Part shown: one piece after another, positions 51,922-63,800 of the stretch
Layout: each line of letters begins with the position of its first letter
Position numbering within the stretch: position 1 is the first letter of the stretch
Assembly (NCBI GenBank): GCA_030265395.1
Contig: JARFYF010000007.1
Location: 19,494,216-19,558,215 of the forward strand
DNA length: 64,000 nucleotides
From: Rhina ancylostomus
Taxonomy: Eukaryota
Direction: 5' to 3'
Made by a program: the position numbers and the translations under genes
The notes under the pieces: generated by a model
Told to the model about the DNA's origin: nothing
The model's database searches: none
What the model saw: the letters and a program-made list of their open reading frames with translations, nothing else

Positions 51922-53398
51922 CTGAAATGGCAGATAAACCAATAATAAAAGAATAGTGGGAAAATGTCAACAGTTGGAAGTGCTGACCCAGTATTCCCTA
52001 CACCCCCCAGAGGTGCTTCCAGAGTGCAAGCATTTTGCTAATCATGCTTAATATCTATAAAATTATTTTTTTTAAAAAAACAGAAACAAAAACACTAGAA
52101 TTCATGAATCTTCCTTTCTTTATCCATAGTTGCTCTTCTCATTCAATGGCAGGATGAAACACCTTTATAAAACATTAGCAATTCAACATTAAATACCATC
52201 ACTTAGTTCTAGTATCAGAAAAATCTTACCAGCAAGCAACTCCTAAAAAATTTAACGGGGGGTACTGGTGACATTTAATATCTATACAAGAAATGCATGA
52301 AGAATGCCTTATTGAAATACACAAAGGAAGAGTTTTTACTTCTTTGAGAGCAAACTACACTTAAAACATGTTTTACATGGGTTTTCAAATACTTTGAGAG
52401 TTTGCAAAGATAAAATTATTTACCAGCAAGACATTATTTCACAACTTGCATCTGAATGAACTTAGCATCAACAGCAAGTTTTTTTTTTAAACTCATGTTA
52501 ACTCAATAAGTTGAAATTAGAACAGTGAGGAACTGAGAGTAATTATGAAGTTTCCAGATTGATTTTATTTAGTGGGTGTATTTAGTTGGTTGTATCTCTC
52601 ATACATGTGAGGGGCAGAGATCAGAGACTACACCAAACATGATAATTTGTCTAATGACACTCTTCTTTCCCCCACAAAGATCTTATTTAATTTTCATGTG
52701 CTGGGGTTAAAGTGATCAGCCGTTTATTCCAGGGTTATGCTGCACACACAATAGCTGATGTGGGCAAAATGTGTGGCAGTAACAAAATTCACAACATACA
52801 GGATGAGAAACTTCCCCCGCAGTATTTTCATGGCTACAATAATCCCTTTAGAGTTAAGTGACCAAATCTGCTGGCATGTTGCTCACATTAATAGTTATGT
52901 CTACAAATTAAAATGCTCAACATGACCAGGGCCCAGGTTTATTTCAATCTACCTTTAAGGAATACAACCCACTGACAAATTTGTTCTGGTTTGCGCATCT
53001 ACAACTTTTGCAGGTGAGAGGGTTAGTGGGAAAATTCCTCTGCAGATTTCTACCTGGAGTGCTTTCAGCACAAGGCCTTTGACTACTTTCACTGCCATCT
53101 TCCTTCACAGCAGTTCTTTGCAACATGAAAAACATGAGATTAGCAATGCAGCTGAATAACAAATCAATCCACATCCAGCTCCCGATCATGCAATGCATCA
53201 GATCACATTACTCATTGTCATTTTGAATTTCCTCCCTTCTCTCTCTTACTTAATCATTCTTGGAATGATTCTCTTGACTTGCTGGAGTTCACTTTAGGTT
53301 TAAAGTGAATTTAAACCCAATACCAGTAATAATTCATTAAACAAAAGACCGAGACTTACCAAATAACTGAATTCAATGAGTTATTAAGTAACAATCAC

Positions 53399-53657
53399 CT
53401 GAGGTCAGCTTTGCTGTCCATTCCAGATAGACTCCTCACCACTCTTTGACAAAACCCATAAGACAGGAATAGCACAGCATTCTCTGATATATGAGCCATT
53501 AGGGCAGGAGTAGTGCCTTGGTAGAATCCCCGAATGCCACGTTCTTTGTAAGTCTTTACAGCACAGTCCAACACATTTTTGTACATGTAGGGGAAAGTCT
53601 GCATCTTCACTTTTACAGTATCAAAAGGTTGCCCCGTATAAACACAAGCAACTCCAC
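53399..53657 (-). CDS. SLC25A15: SLC25A15 coding exon 2
   Basis: ctgcag|GT GGA...CTC AG|gtgatt, 259 nt. [22 protein letters not shown]...[31 protein letters not shown]...; first carrier signature PFDTVKVK. Confidence 0.97.
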
Positions 53658-54337
53658 CTGCAGATTATAATGTATGTAAACTTAATAAATAACCACAATA
53701 CATCTGCTTTTCCCTTGCTGCAACAGTCATTGGAAAGTGTTCTAGGCAATCTGTAGCTGGATTTATCCCCTCAACTGCCACCTCGGCACTCTAGTTTAAC
53801 CATGTTGGGCTTAAGAGGCTTACTAATAAATAGACAAGACAACACTTTAGAGCAAAATGCAATTACGTGGACTGTTTGCTACCCTTATCCAGTTTCTGAT
53901 AGCTGGAAACAGAAGAAACATTAATATTTAAAAAAAATATTCCAACCATCACGCAGGACCATTGTATAAAATATACACGGCACAAAGTGCTGAAGCCATG
54001 CAGTGGGAGAACATGGGTTGGTTTCCATGGGCACTCACATGCTTTGTTACATTATAGTGAGCATTGTGCAAGAGGCATTGAATAAAAAACCCACACACAA
54101 CATCCAGCCCACTACCCCCATCTCTCAAGATGGATAGATAATTCAAGGAAGAGAGCTGTAAATGTGTCTCTTAAAAAATGATATTGGTTTACATCACAGT
54201 TTCTCAAGTAAGAGAAACATCTGGACTTCACAACCAAGGGATACATAAAGTGCTTTAAAGTCGATGATACCCTCCTAAACTGTGCTGGTAATGCATGCGT
54301 GAAGCCATTTTCTTTAAGTCACCCAATGCTCCATTAC

Positions 54338-54410
54338 CCATTGCCCCTGATGTGAGGTCGATGGCAGCTTGCACAGCCGGCTGTAGTGTTGTTTTCTTTT
54401 CCAGCGACAT
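54338..54410 (-). CDS. SLC25A15: SLC25A15 first coding exon (exon extends to 54466 as 5'UTR)
   Basis: cccaacATG TCG...ATG G|gtaatg. MSLEKKTTLQPAVQAAIDLTSGAM(G). A strong pyrimidine tract with ccctag acceptor at 54467 implies an unlocated upstream non-coding exon. Confidence 0.94.
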
Positions 54411-55774
54411 GTTGGGCTTTGATCTAATAAATGGATTATTCGTTCAATAAATCCAAAGATGGCTTGCTAGGGAAGAAGAAAGAAAATAAAGAGGGAATGA
54501 GCAATAAGCTATTCATGACTTTGGCCGAAGCAATATTGCAATAAATTCAGCCATTTTAACATTCCTATTCAGAGGTTACACCGACACTACGAGACCCAAC
54601 TTACTACTGCAGGAACATTTCCAGGTACCAACGGCATAAAATGCTTGTGCCTAAAAAGTTAAAAGAAATATTAAATGGGGGGGATGGGTAATGTTTTGTT
54701 AGCTAATTTTGGTACACCCCAATATCACAGAAGCCAGAACTCAGCTGATCACAGGATTCAAGTCTGACTTGACCATTTGTGACCAGAGACCAATCTTCCA
54801 CCTTCTGAGCAAAATGTAAATTGGAGGCAACCATCCAATGAATTAAAGCCTATGGAAAGTCAGGATCTCCATAGGGTGCAAGAATCATCCAATTTACCAT
54901 ACAAAATGTGCAAGTTACAGAGAATCAGCTGAAGTGAGTATCACCAACATATCAAGGATCTTTTGTCATGCTAAAATTTCCATTATAGTTGGTTTTATAG
55001 GCAGTATATTTAAAACAAACTTACAGCATTTATATTTCCAGAAGCTGTGTTATCAGTTTCTCTCAAGTATTTACTACAACAAATACGAAGAGGTGACCCA
55101 CAGCTAGTATCTATACAGATCAATTCTGCTGACGACAATGTTAAGGAGTAGATGCAATGCCCTTGGCCTATGCCACCTTGTGTCCATTACACCAAATACA
55201 TGAATGAGGGCACTAGGATTGAGCCTTGTAAAAAGGTAATGATTAAACAAGTTATCTAGATTAGTTCCTTTGCTTGCGTCTTTTCCCTACAAAACTGATG
55301 TTATGTAACACCCCGATTTTTCAACATTTGGAAATTGCTGGTGAATTTTGCTTTTCACTTCTTTAAAGAATGAAGATTTATAATTGAAACTAAACAAAAG
55401 GATTTTCAGCTTTATTTTCCTGTGGAACTATGTTCACATATTTGCAAATATAGACAAAATACAGGATACAAATGTTAAATCAGCAACCAAGAAATAAATG
55501 GTAGAATTTAGCATTCACTGCAAGATGAGTGGTCAGTTACAGTCACTAAGAAAGGGAAATTGCCCACTTTTAAGTTTAANNNNNNNNNNNNNNNNNNNNN
55601 NNNNNNNNNNNNNNNNNNNNNNNNNNNNNNNNNNNNNNNNNNNNNNNNNNNNNNNNNNNNNNNNNNNNNNNNNNNNNNTCCAGCAGACACCATTCCAGGT
55701 TTCACAAAAGAACTTGTGTGGCTGGTACTATGTAGCTGCTGCAAGCCAAAACAACTAGAATTGGTACATTAGAC

Positions 55775-56112
55775 AAGATGTCTTTATTAGTCACATGTAT
55801 TTCACTGTGTGTTTTGATGTACATCTTTTGCGTAGAGTGCTCTGGGGGCAGCCCGCAAGTGCTGCTATGTTTCCTGTGCCAACACAACATGCCCACAACT
55901 TCCCAACCCGTACGTCTTTGGAACGTGGAAGGAAACTGGAGCACCCAGAGGAAAAACGGGGAGAACATACAAGCTCCTTACAGACAGTGGCCGGAATTGA
56001 ACCCAGGTTCAATTCCAGCCACTGTCTGTAAGGAGTTTGTACGTTCTCCCAGTGTTTGCGTGGGTTTCCTCCGGGCGCTATAATAGCATTATGCTAACTG
56101 CTACACTACCGT
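55775..56112 (-). mobile_element. Relatively young tRNA-derived V-SINE-like element with internal inverted duplication
   Basis: Minus-strand head acggtagtgtagcagttagc, B-box ggttcaattcc, core ggagcttgtatgttctcccc...ggtgctccagtttcct, 3' tail gtgactaataaaga. Retains CpGs. Confidence 0.8.
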
Positions 56113-56279
56113 TAAATTGATTTGAAGTTTTTAATGCTTCCAATGTAGATCGTTTCACAAAAATTCAACGATAAAACTTTCATTTGTATAAAATTCAGAA
56201 AAACATCCATTGGAGCTAGATACATTGATACCAAGCTACAGAAGGAAATGCCAGCACAAAGACAGATAGCGAATGCTTT

Positions 56280-57080
56280 AAGAAGACTTAATAGAGAAAC
56301 AGTGTTTAGGGAGGGAATTCTAGTGCTCAAGACCAAGGCATCCAAAACTTGGTAAGCAACAATGAGATATTGAAAACAGAAATGAGGAAAAGGCCAGAAT
56401 TTAGGAGGATGAAGTTAATGGAGATGGGGAGGGCAAGACTAAGAGGAATTTAAAAACCAAGAACATTTTTTTAAAAACTGAAATACTTTAGATAAAAGTG
56501 TAGTTCAGCAAGCACAGGGAATGATGATTGGAAGAAAGGTTCTGGTACAGGCCGCAGGGGCTTAGATGAGTGCAAGTTTATTTAGGGTGAAAAAAGAGAA
56601 AAATCAGGAGATATTGGAATAGCCAAGCCTGGAGTTAATGAAGACATGGATGAGGGTTTCAGCAGTAGGAACAGATTCTGAGTTGGAGTCAAGCGCCATT
56701 ACAGATGGGCAGACCTGGAGTGTGATGAATTCATCTTGGGGGTCAAACATCAAGATGCAATTTTTTTTTTATTAAAAAAAGATGACAGATTTGAAAGTGG
56801 TACTGAGAAAGTTGGGAGATCGAAGACCCAACGTAAGTAAGGACAAGCAAATCAACCACAGACCCAGTGGCTGTGTGCTCAAAGGTTCAGATGGAATGCA
56901 TTCAAGAGGGCAGGTGGAGAGTCTCGTAGACAAGGTGGGTCTGGAGGGCATGAGATGGGATAGAATCTGGAGGAAAACAAGGCCTAAGACAGTACTGGCA
57001 TTGCAGCAAACAAAGGAAGAAAGGGTTTGTGATGGAGAAGGGAAGTTGGGGTTATCTTTGAAAAAGTGAGATCCTTCCAT
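56280..57080 (-). mobile_element. Degenerate L2-like LINE
   Basis: Minus strand STCPLECIPSEPL resembles the TCxLDPIPxxLL RT-proximal motif. ttggaatagccaagcctggagtt reads NSRLGYS (SRLDY-like). Confidence 0.55.
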
Positions 57081-57089
57081 CTTTATTTA

Positions 57090-57235
57090 AAACTATGTAT
57101 TCAGCACGATAAGAGGACCTTCCAGCCCAATTGAGTCCACGCCGCCCATTTAAACCCACGTTAACCTATCCATATGTCTTCAGAATGTAGGAGGAAACTG
57201 ACACAGACACAGGGAGGGCATACAAACTCCTTGCA
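57090..57235 (-). mobile_element. SINE fragment
   Basis: gaccttccagccc...ttaacctatccatatgtcttcagaatgtaggaggaaactg...catacaaactcctt. Confidence 0.6.
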
Positions 57236-57954
57236 TCTTTTTTATTATTTCCCCAAACCTGATTGAGGGAGTTAGAGAGCCACTTTGTCAAATCACCATT
57301 GCACTCAGTCCAGAGCAGTCTTAATTATTTTGATATCAAAACATTGCCAAAAACCACATTAACCTGGCCAATAAATTTCACCATGCACTGGTGCTGCACC
57401 CAAATTTCCTCACAATCTTAGCACTTATCCTTCAATGTCAGCAAAGGAGGGGGGGGGGGGTCCACCAGAAAGTCACAGCCAAAGTTCCTCAGTTCCTTTC
57501 ACCAATTGAGTGAACTGCCACATAACGCTCCTCCTTTCATTAACATGACCCCTTTCATAGGCAGACATCAGTTTTAAATTTGTGTCCAGACACAGTTCAC
57601 TTATTGAACGTAAATGAGGCTTTAGCAAACTTGCTCAAAAATAAAAGGACTAGAAATATTCTCTCTCCACTTAATATGCTACAAGTGGAACCAGTGGAAA
57701 TTTAAGCACAACATAACATAAAATGATTTCCACTGGGATTTAGCTCCATTTCAATTTTTTAAATGAGCTCCCATACCTTTCAGATCCACCTGATTAGTAG
57801 AACATGGATGCAGGGAACAATGAGACAAAGGTAATGAAAAGAGATTTATTCCACTTTGGTTCTGAAGGTCTTGCTCTGTTGATCACTTAGAGTTTCCATG
57901 ACCACAAGCTACTGCTCAGTAATAGCAGTCAAATCTGCAGCCTTCTGTTGCCTA

Positions 57955-58230
57955 GATTAGGGTTCTGCTCCAGGGATTTGAACACCTAGTCCAGGCTGAC
58001 ACTCCAGTGCAGACAGCATCCTGAGAGACATGATCCCAAATGCTCTCTGAGAAGGAAGTAGAGGATCCCTCAATATTTTTTCAATAGATCAGGAAAATTT
58101 ACCTAGGCCAATATTTACATCACTCATTAATAGGCAATTTTGTCATTACCTCATTGTCTCTGTGGAACCCAGCTATTGCAATTGGCTAGTGAGATTCCCT
58201 CTACCACATTAGAATGACAACTCAATGCTA
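57955..58230 (+). mobile_element. Ancient Deu-domain SINE remnant
   Basis: caggctgacactccagtgcag...ggccaatattta...gtcattacctcattg...gtgg; same family as 6190-6370. Confidence 0.5.
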
Positions 58231-58988
58231 AAACTGCTAAAATGAACTCAAAGCCAAATGATTTCCTCCTCCTCCTCCTCTTTCCCCCCCCCCCCCCCCC
58301 ACAAATCCTAGGTTTACAAGAACAAGTTTGTTAAAAACTTTCCAGCTAAAGCACCCNNNNNNNNNNCCCTACTTTGATGTTAGTGCTATACGTTCTGGGC
58401 TCAATTGCATTTATTAGGAAATCAGTGCTATGGACTTGCACATAGCTTTTGGTAGCAGTTCAATCAGGTGGTCCAAAGGTTACTGTTATAGACCTGAATT
58501 TTTACTTGTGATGTCCAAATTCTGGCCATTCTTCTAAAGCCTGCAGTAACCATGAATGTGCAGACACAATGTTAATGTGAAACTCTGGAAGTTGCTGTAG
58601 GACATGCTATGTTCCTCTGCAGACTGCTGCTGCGCCTTCAGTAGATGCAGTCATTGCAATTTGATAAATCAAATGCAACTTTAAATTCAATGATTTTTGA
58701 TAGAAATAATAGTGCAGACATTAAGCATTTAAATTGAAATTTAAAAATGGTATACCAAGGCTTAATTACTAGTGGACAGCCTCTACTAATTGTGCATATA
58801 GTGTCAGTCCCTCAGAAAAAGACAAATTACATACTTCTTTTAAAAAAACTTCATTTTCACGATTTATATATCAGCTTGTACCTTTATTCCGCATCTTAAA
58901 AAGTTACTTAAAATGTATTTTTACTTCAATTGCCTGGGATGAAATTCTTCAATCTGGCTTGGTTTTCAGCCTTTCATCACTGTTGCTG

Positions 58989-59478
58989 TGTGAGAGATGA
59001 GCTTGATTAAACTGCCAGAGACCTGGGAGTTAACTTGCAGCAGACATATATAAAACAGAATAAGACAGCTGTAGGCAGAGACAGCAAGATAGCTGCTTGC
59101 ATGAACTAAAGAGTGAGTAAAAGGTGAAGGCTGGGTTATGAAAATGACCATCGCGCTTGCTTAATGAAATGAATGAATATTACCCCTACGCCCCTGATTA
59201 CGAAACTGTGAATTACCATGCACATGCGATGTATGATTTGGGAGGTCCTGGAGGAAGTACATGAAGACTGTGCACCTCAGTGCTCTTATTGGAAGGGAGC
59301 CAGAAGGGGAGTATGTGTCTTTAACTTTGCTGTGCATAAAGGGAGGGGATTCCCCTTGCCTCGGTGTGTCTCAAGGGGGAAGAGGCACCCGACTCTTCAG
59401 ACTCGTAAATAAACGGTTTTCTTGTTTCCACGACTTTGTCTCTGACATGGTGATTGTGAGCACGGATTACATCTCACA
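58989..59478 (+). mobile_element. Solo LTR (ERV or LTR retrotransposon), 490 bp
   Basis: Termini TGTGAGA...TCTCACA form a perfect 7-bp inverted repeat, with direct repeat GCTG on both sides (58985-58988, 59479-59482). CATAAA at 59335-59340 and AATAAA at 59408-59413 are in LTR order. CpG-rich relative to the window. Confidence 0.85.
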
Positions 59479-60519
59479 GCTGGAAATTGCGTCGGAAAAA
59501 AGACAAATCTACACACAAATTTGCCAAATCTCTGTGGGACGCTTTTAATCCAGACCACCTGCAAGTGTCATTGCTCCTTTGTTGCTGACCACTTAACTTG
59601 GGCCATTCTGATTACATTTAGTTCAACATTTTCTAATGGTAGCAGGGCAAAGGCCTCATAAAACAAAGTGCTTCCCTCACATCCAACTTATTTAAAATAG
59701 CTCTCGTGTACTAGAACAATGTGCACTTCAGTTAAGGGATTCTCTGGATAATTACACATTTTCATGCATGCTGTTTTAGTATCCAGCTTGTTATCCAAAT
59801 CTTGTATTTCACCCCACCCCCCACCCAAGATGGATGATGCAAGGAAATACAAGGTTCAATAAGTGCTTCTCAAAAACTTTGTACAGCAACTTTCCCCATT
59901 TAAAAAAATCATTACAAGTTGCACCTTTTCCCCCAATGACCCATTATGCCAAATTCTGACTTTGGGGTTGTTACCCAAGTTCTGGTTAAAAGATGGAGTA
60001 ATGAGGATACTTTGGTTTAGTTTCCCCCTTCCCCAGACCAATTTAGCAAAGGTAATCAACTTACAGCCAACAAATCGCCAATGGTAGATTTAACTTTTAA
60101 ATGAATCTTTTCACAGTATAGACTGCAGCAATAGATTTTGGGAGAGGCAGCATCACAAAAAATCCCAGGGTTTAAATGTGGTTATGCTAAGGAAAAAGGG
60201 AGCAGGTGCTATTGTGTGTAGATTTATTTTTTGTTTTGGCATTTGCTAAAAAGGCCAGCCAGTGTTGGTTTGCCAGCCTGTTAATACAAATACATGGTTC
60301 ACTAATTAGATTTTGCAAATCATCAACAATCAACAAGGAGTTCGTTACCTTGTCTGAGTACTGTAGTTCTTTTGGCCAGTAAGGTACAACTTGCCTCAGC
60401 AGGCCCAAAAGGAGATATTATACTAAACTTACAGCAGTGGAAGAAGTCATTCATCCTAACTGGTTCAGACTGGTGATTATGCTCCATGTGAGGCTGCTCC
60501 AACCCACGTCAGCATTCAT

Positions 60520-60830
60520 AGTCACACTGCACAGAAACACATTCTTTGTCCCACTAAGTCTGCGCCAATATTGACCCTATTTTTTTGTTTAACTCTCCCC
60601 ACAATAACTCCTCCAGATTCTACAACTCACTAACATATTTGGGGCCACTTACAGTGGCCAAATAACCTACCAACCTTCAACGCCTTTGGGATGTGGGAGG
60701 AAACTGAAGCACCCAGAGCAAACCTATGCAGTCACAGGAAGAATGAGCAAACTCCATACAGATCAGCATTGACCAGTGTTGCTGGAGCAATGAGGCAGCA
60801 GCTCTACTAGTTATGCCACTGTGCCACCCT
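60520..60830 (-). mobile_element. V-SINE-like element
   Basis: ctttgggatgtgggaggaaactgaagcaccca...gcaaactccatacaga...tgaggcagcagctctactagttatgccactgtgccacc. Confidence 0.75.
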
Positions 60831-61889
60831 TTCTCAATCGCTGTACTTATGTAGCTTCTCTTCATGTGGGTTTCTTCCAGAATGCTAGAAGAACTTTTGC
60901 AACCACTGGACCCATCAAGTATTTGGTTATATTTTCTCCATTTCTTTCTCCCACCAAGACAAGATTTGAGAGGAAGCTTGATTCTGAAATAGCAAACCCA
61001 ATCACAGTGGGAAGCTGTAGATTTATCCAGAAGGCAATAAAGCTTGGCAAAGCAACAGGTGAAGTTATCAGGAATTCCTTAACCAACATACAATCTGTCC
61101 TCACACCACAAGATACAAGAAATATTTTAAATAATTTGTAGACTTAAGGCAGAGATACACCCTCAAAACCAGCAGATCTGGATCTGCACGAGACCATTAT
61201 TGAATATAAAATGCATCTTACTTGCGTTTAACATAATTACTCTTCAGAGGATGAGGCAGCATGACTCAATGTCGAGCATAGCACCAGGACAAGGTGGGAC
61301 ATACCACTTATCTCCTCTGCTTGCAATGGTATGTTCTACATTTTAACACATTGAGTAAGGAAATTTCCATGACAAATATTCTGGTCTTATGCTACCAGAC
61401 CAATGCAACTCAAATTACTATGTCTAGTTACACATATATTGGCCGCTTCTCCATTCCCAGATTCATCTTCCTTTCTCTTGCCCACTCCCGGATAAACCTC
61501 CTTTGATTAACCCTGTAATGGATACTCTACCCTCAAATCCCTGGTCCAAGCCTTCAATACTCCTTGATCTTCCTATTCACTCATTGACTGTTTCCTCTCA
61601 GAAAAATCTGCATCTCTTGGTAACCTCAGGATATTCATTGCTGGCAAGTCAAATACCCTATCCTACCCTTCACTCACCACATAAACTCTATCATCCTGGC
61701 TGTGGAGCAGTGACACCTTCCACTTCAATGTTGCCTCCTCCACTGGCTACATTCTCCCCCATCGCCCCACCCAAACTATGGAAGTGGGCAGAGTGGCTCT
61801 TATCACCAAACCCTTCTACTCTCAAGCATCTTACCTTGTCTGACCATTCAATTCTCACTTAAGAACCACCCACCCCCCCCCATTCTCTT

Positions 61890-62460
61890 GAATCCAGCCA
61901 AACACAGTGCCACATTTCTCATTGTTTCCTTTCTTCTCAGCACTGAGTAACTGCTTGTTGTCAGCAATTTTAACTGCCATCTGTGCCTTTGTTAATTCCA
62001 GGCTTGATTACTCCAGTGCTCTTCTAGACGGTCTCATAGATACCACCCTAAGTAAACTAGAGGTCATCCAAAATTCTGCCACCCTATCTTAACTTGAACC
62101 AAGTCCCATTCACCTGATCCACACTGGCCCCCATCCAGCAAAAACTCTATTTTAAGATTCTTATCCTTGTTTTCCTTCCATGTCCTTGCCCCTCCTTACT
62201 TCTTCAACCTCTCTGCCAAATACAGCCTTCAGTCCCTGGCAGTTCTGATCTCCTCCAATCACACCTACCGTGGGAAGAAGTGTTGAGGCGGTTGCTATTA
62301 ATTCCTTCAGCCATCAAACTCTAGAAATTCTACTCAGTAAAACTTAGGAGTTTCAACCTTTTGCTTCCTCCTTTAAAACACTTCTCGAACCTACAACTTT
62401 CACTGGGCTTTTGATCATCTGTCCTGATGTCCTGTGCAGCTGTGCTCAATACATCAGTTT
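61890..62460 (+). mobile_element. L2-like LINE 3' part
   Basis: AFVNSRLDYSSALLDGL...LSKLEVIQNSA followed by cactggcccc...tttaagattcttatccttgtttt (HW.P...FKILILV). Confidence 0.7.
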
Positions 62461-62489
62461 TATTTGATGTTAAGCTTACAAGTCACCCT

Positions 62490-63050
62490 GGGATATATTA
62501 ATATAGCAACTTTCAACAGATTAGTGAATTCTTCATTAGATCCACGAGAGACCATCTTACATTTGTTACCCCTGGCTTTGGACTCTTTTCCTCTCCCTCT
62601 TCTCACCCCCCCCACCTTAGAAATCCTTACCAACCCATCAAACCCCTTCAGAATTTGAAAGATTTTTACTAGGTTATCCACTGGCCACTTGTTTTCCTTT
62701 AGAAGGCATCAATCACGGCAAATCTTTTCTACACCTTCTACAGTGCCTCTCTATCCATTTCCTTTTGTTTAAATATAGGAGACCTGTCTACATTCATTAC
62801 TTCAAGGGTAATCCAAAGACAGTTCATTATCAGTTTATCAAAAGTTCTTTGCTTTTCAGTTCTATGCACTTTAGAACTGAAATTCTTGGTTTAGCAATCT
62901 GTGCTGCCATTTTCAATAAATTCTTAATCTGCATCCCCAAGTTACTTATTCCAGATTTTGCCTTATTTCCACCCCTCTGCAAGGTACAGACTTTCTTATT
63001 CCTCCTCCCAAAGTGCAACTTGAGACAAGTCTTGTTCACTACAATATAAA
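62490..63050 (-). mobile_element. Degenerate CR1 LINE
   Basis: Minus-strand ORF LVKIFQILKGFD...RGNKCKM resembles the CR1 ORF2 C-terminus; LHFGRRNK upstream. Confidence 0.6.
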
Positions 63051-63349
63051 ATACAAAAAGGACTTTTCTTTAAAGCAACATCCAATGATTCTTGCAGCTA
63101 AAATTGTGCAATTTCTGGCAAAGTAATGGAAGATATAACATCCCTTCCAGTACACGAATAAAAAGAGTGTACTTTTATTGTCTGCTACCATCTTCATCAA
63201 AAAATGTGGAATCATAGTCTTGGTAATGGCTAGTTGCTAGGTAACCTTTGTTGTCAACACAACTTATTTACCACCTTCAAAAAGAAGGAAGCATCACCCA
63301 ACAAAATCCAACACACAAAACTGCTCAAGATATTTGGAAAGATGACTGA

Positions 63350-63800
63350 AGAAACTTAATCAAGTGGGTAGTTCTTAAGCAGGCTCTTAAGGGACAAGAG
63401 ATAACATACAAATTTAAGGAAGAATTCAAACGTCTTAGCATCTTGGGGACTGAAGATCTCCTAGAGGCAGGCTGATCAAATTCAGGCATGGTTACAAGAG
63501 CCAGTCAGAATTGGAGCAGTCTGAATACCTAACAGGGGCAAGATGTTATCAATGGGGAGGACTAAATGAATTCAAATAAAAACGTCAAAAATTTGAAAAC
63601 TGAGGCATCGCTCAGCAGAGAGCCAACATCAACCAGCAAGCCCAAGGTGAAAGGTGAACAGGATTTCTTTAGAGTCAGGTCCTGCGAAGCAAGGGTTTGG
63701 ATGACATCAGGTTTAGCAAGGGTAGGATCTGGTGGACAGACAGAAGTGTTGAGAGTAGGCAAGTCTGGGAGAGAATATGGGATGAATTAACTTTCACAAG
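63350..63800 (-). mobile_element. Degenerate L2-like fragment
   Basis: ttcttaagcaggctcttaaggga...aatttaaggaagaattc...; related to 2990-3310 and 56280-56760. Confidence 0.45.

Noticed and set aside
60821-61141. 106-aa ORF with an overlapping antisense ORF
   Set aside because: No recognisable domain or splice context. PIT...KAIKLGKATG only faintly resembles a LINE RT N-terminal motif, so it is at most a decayed repeat.
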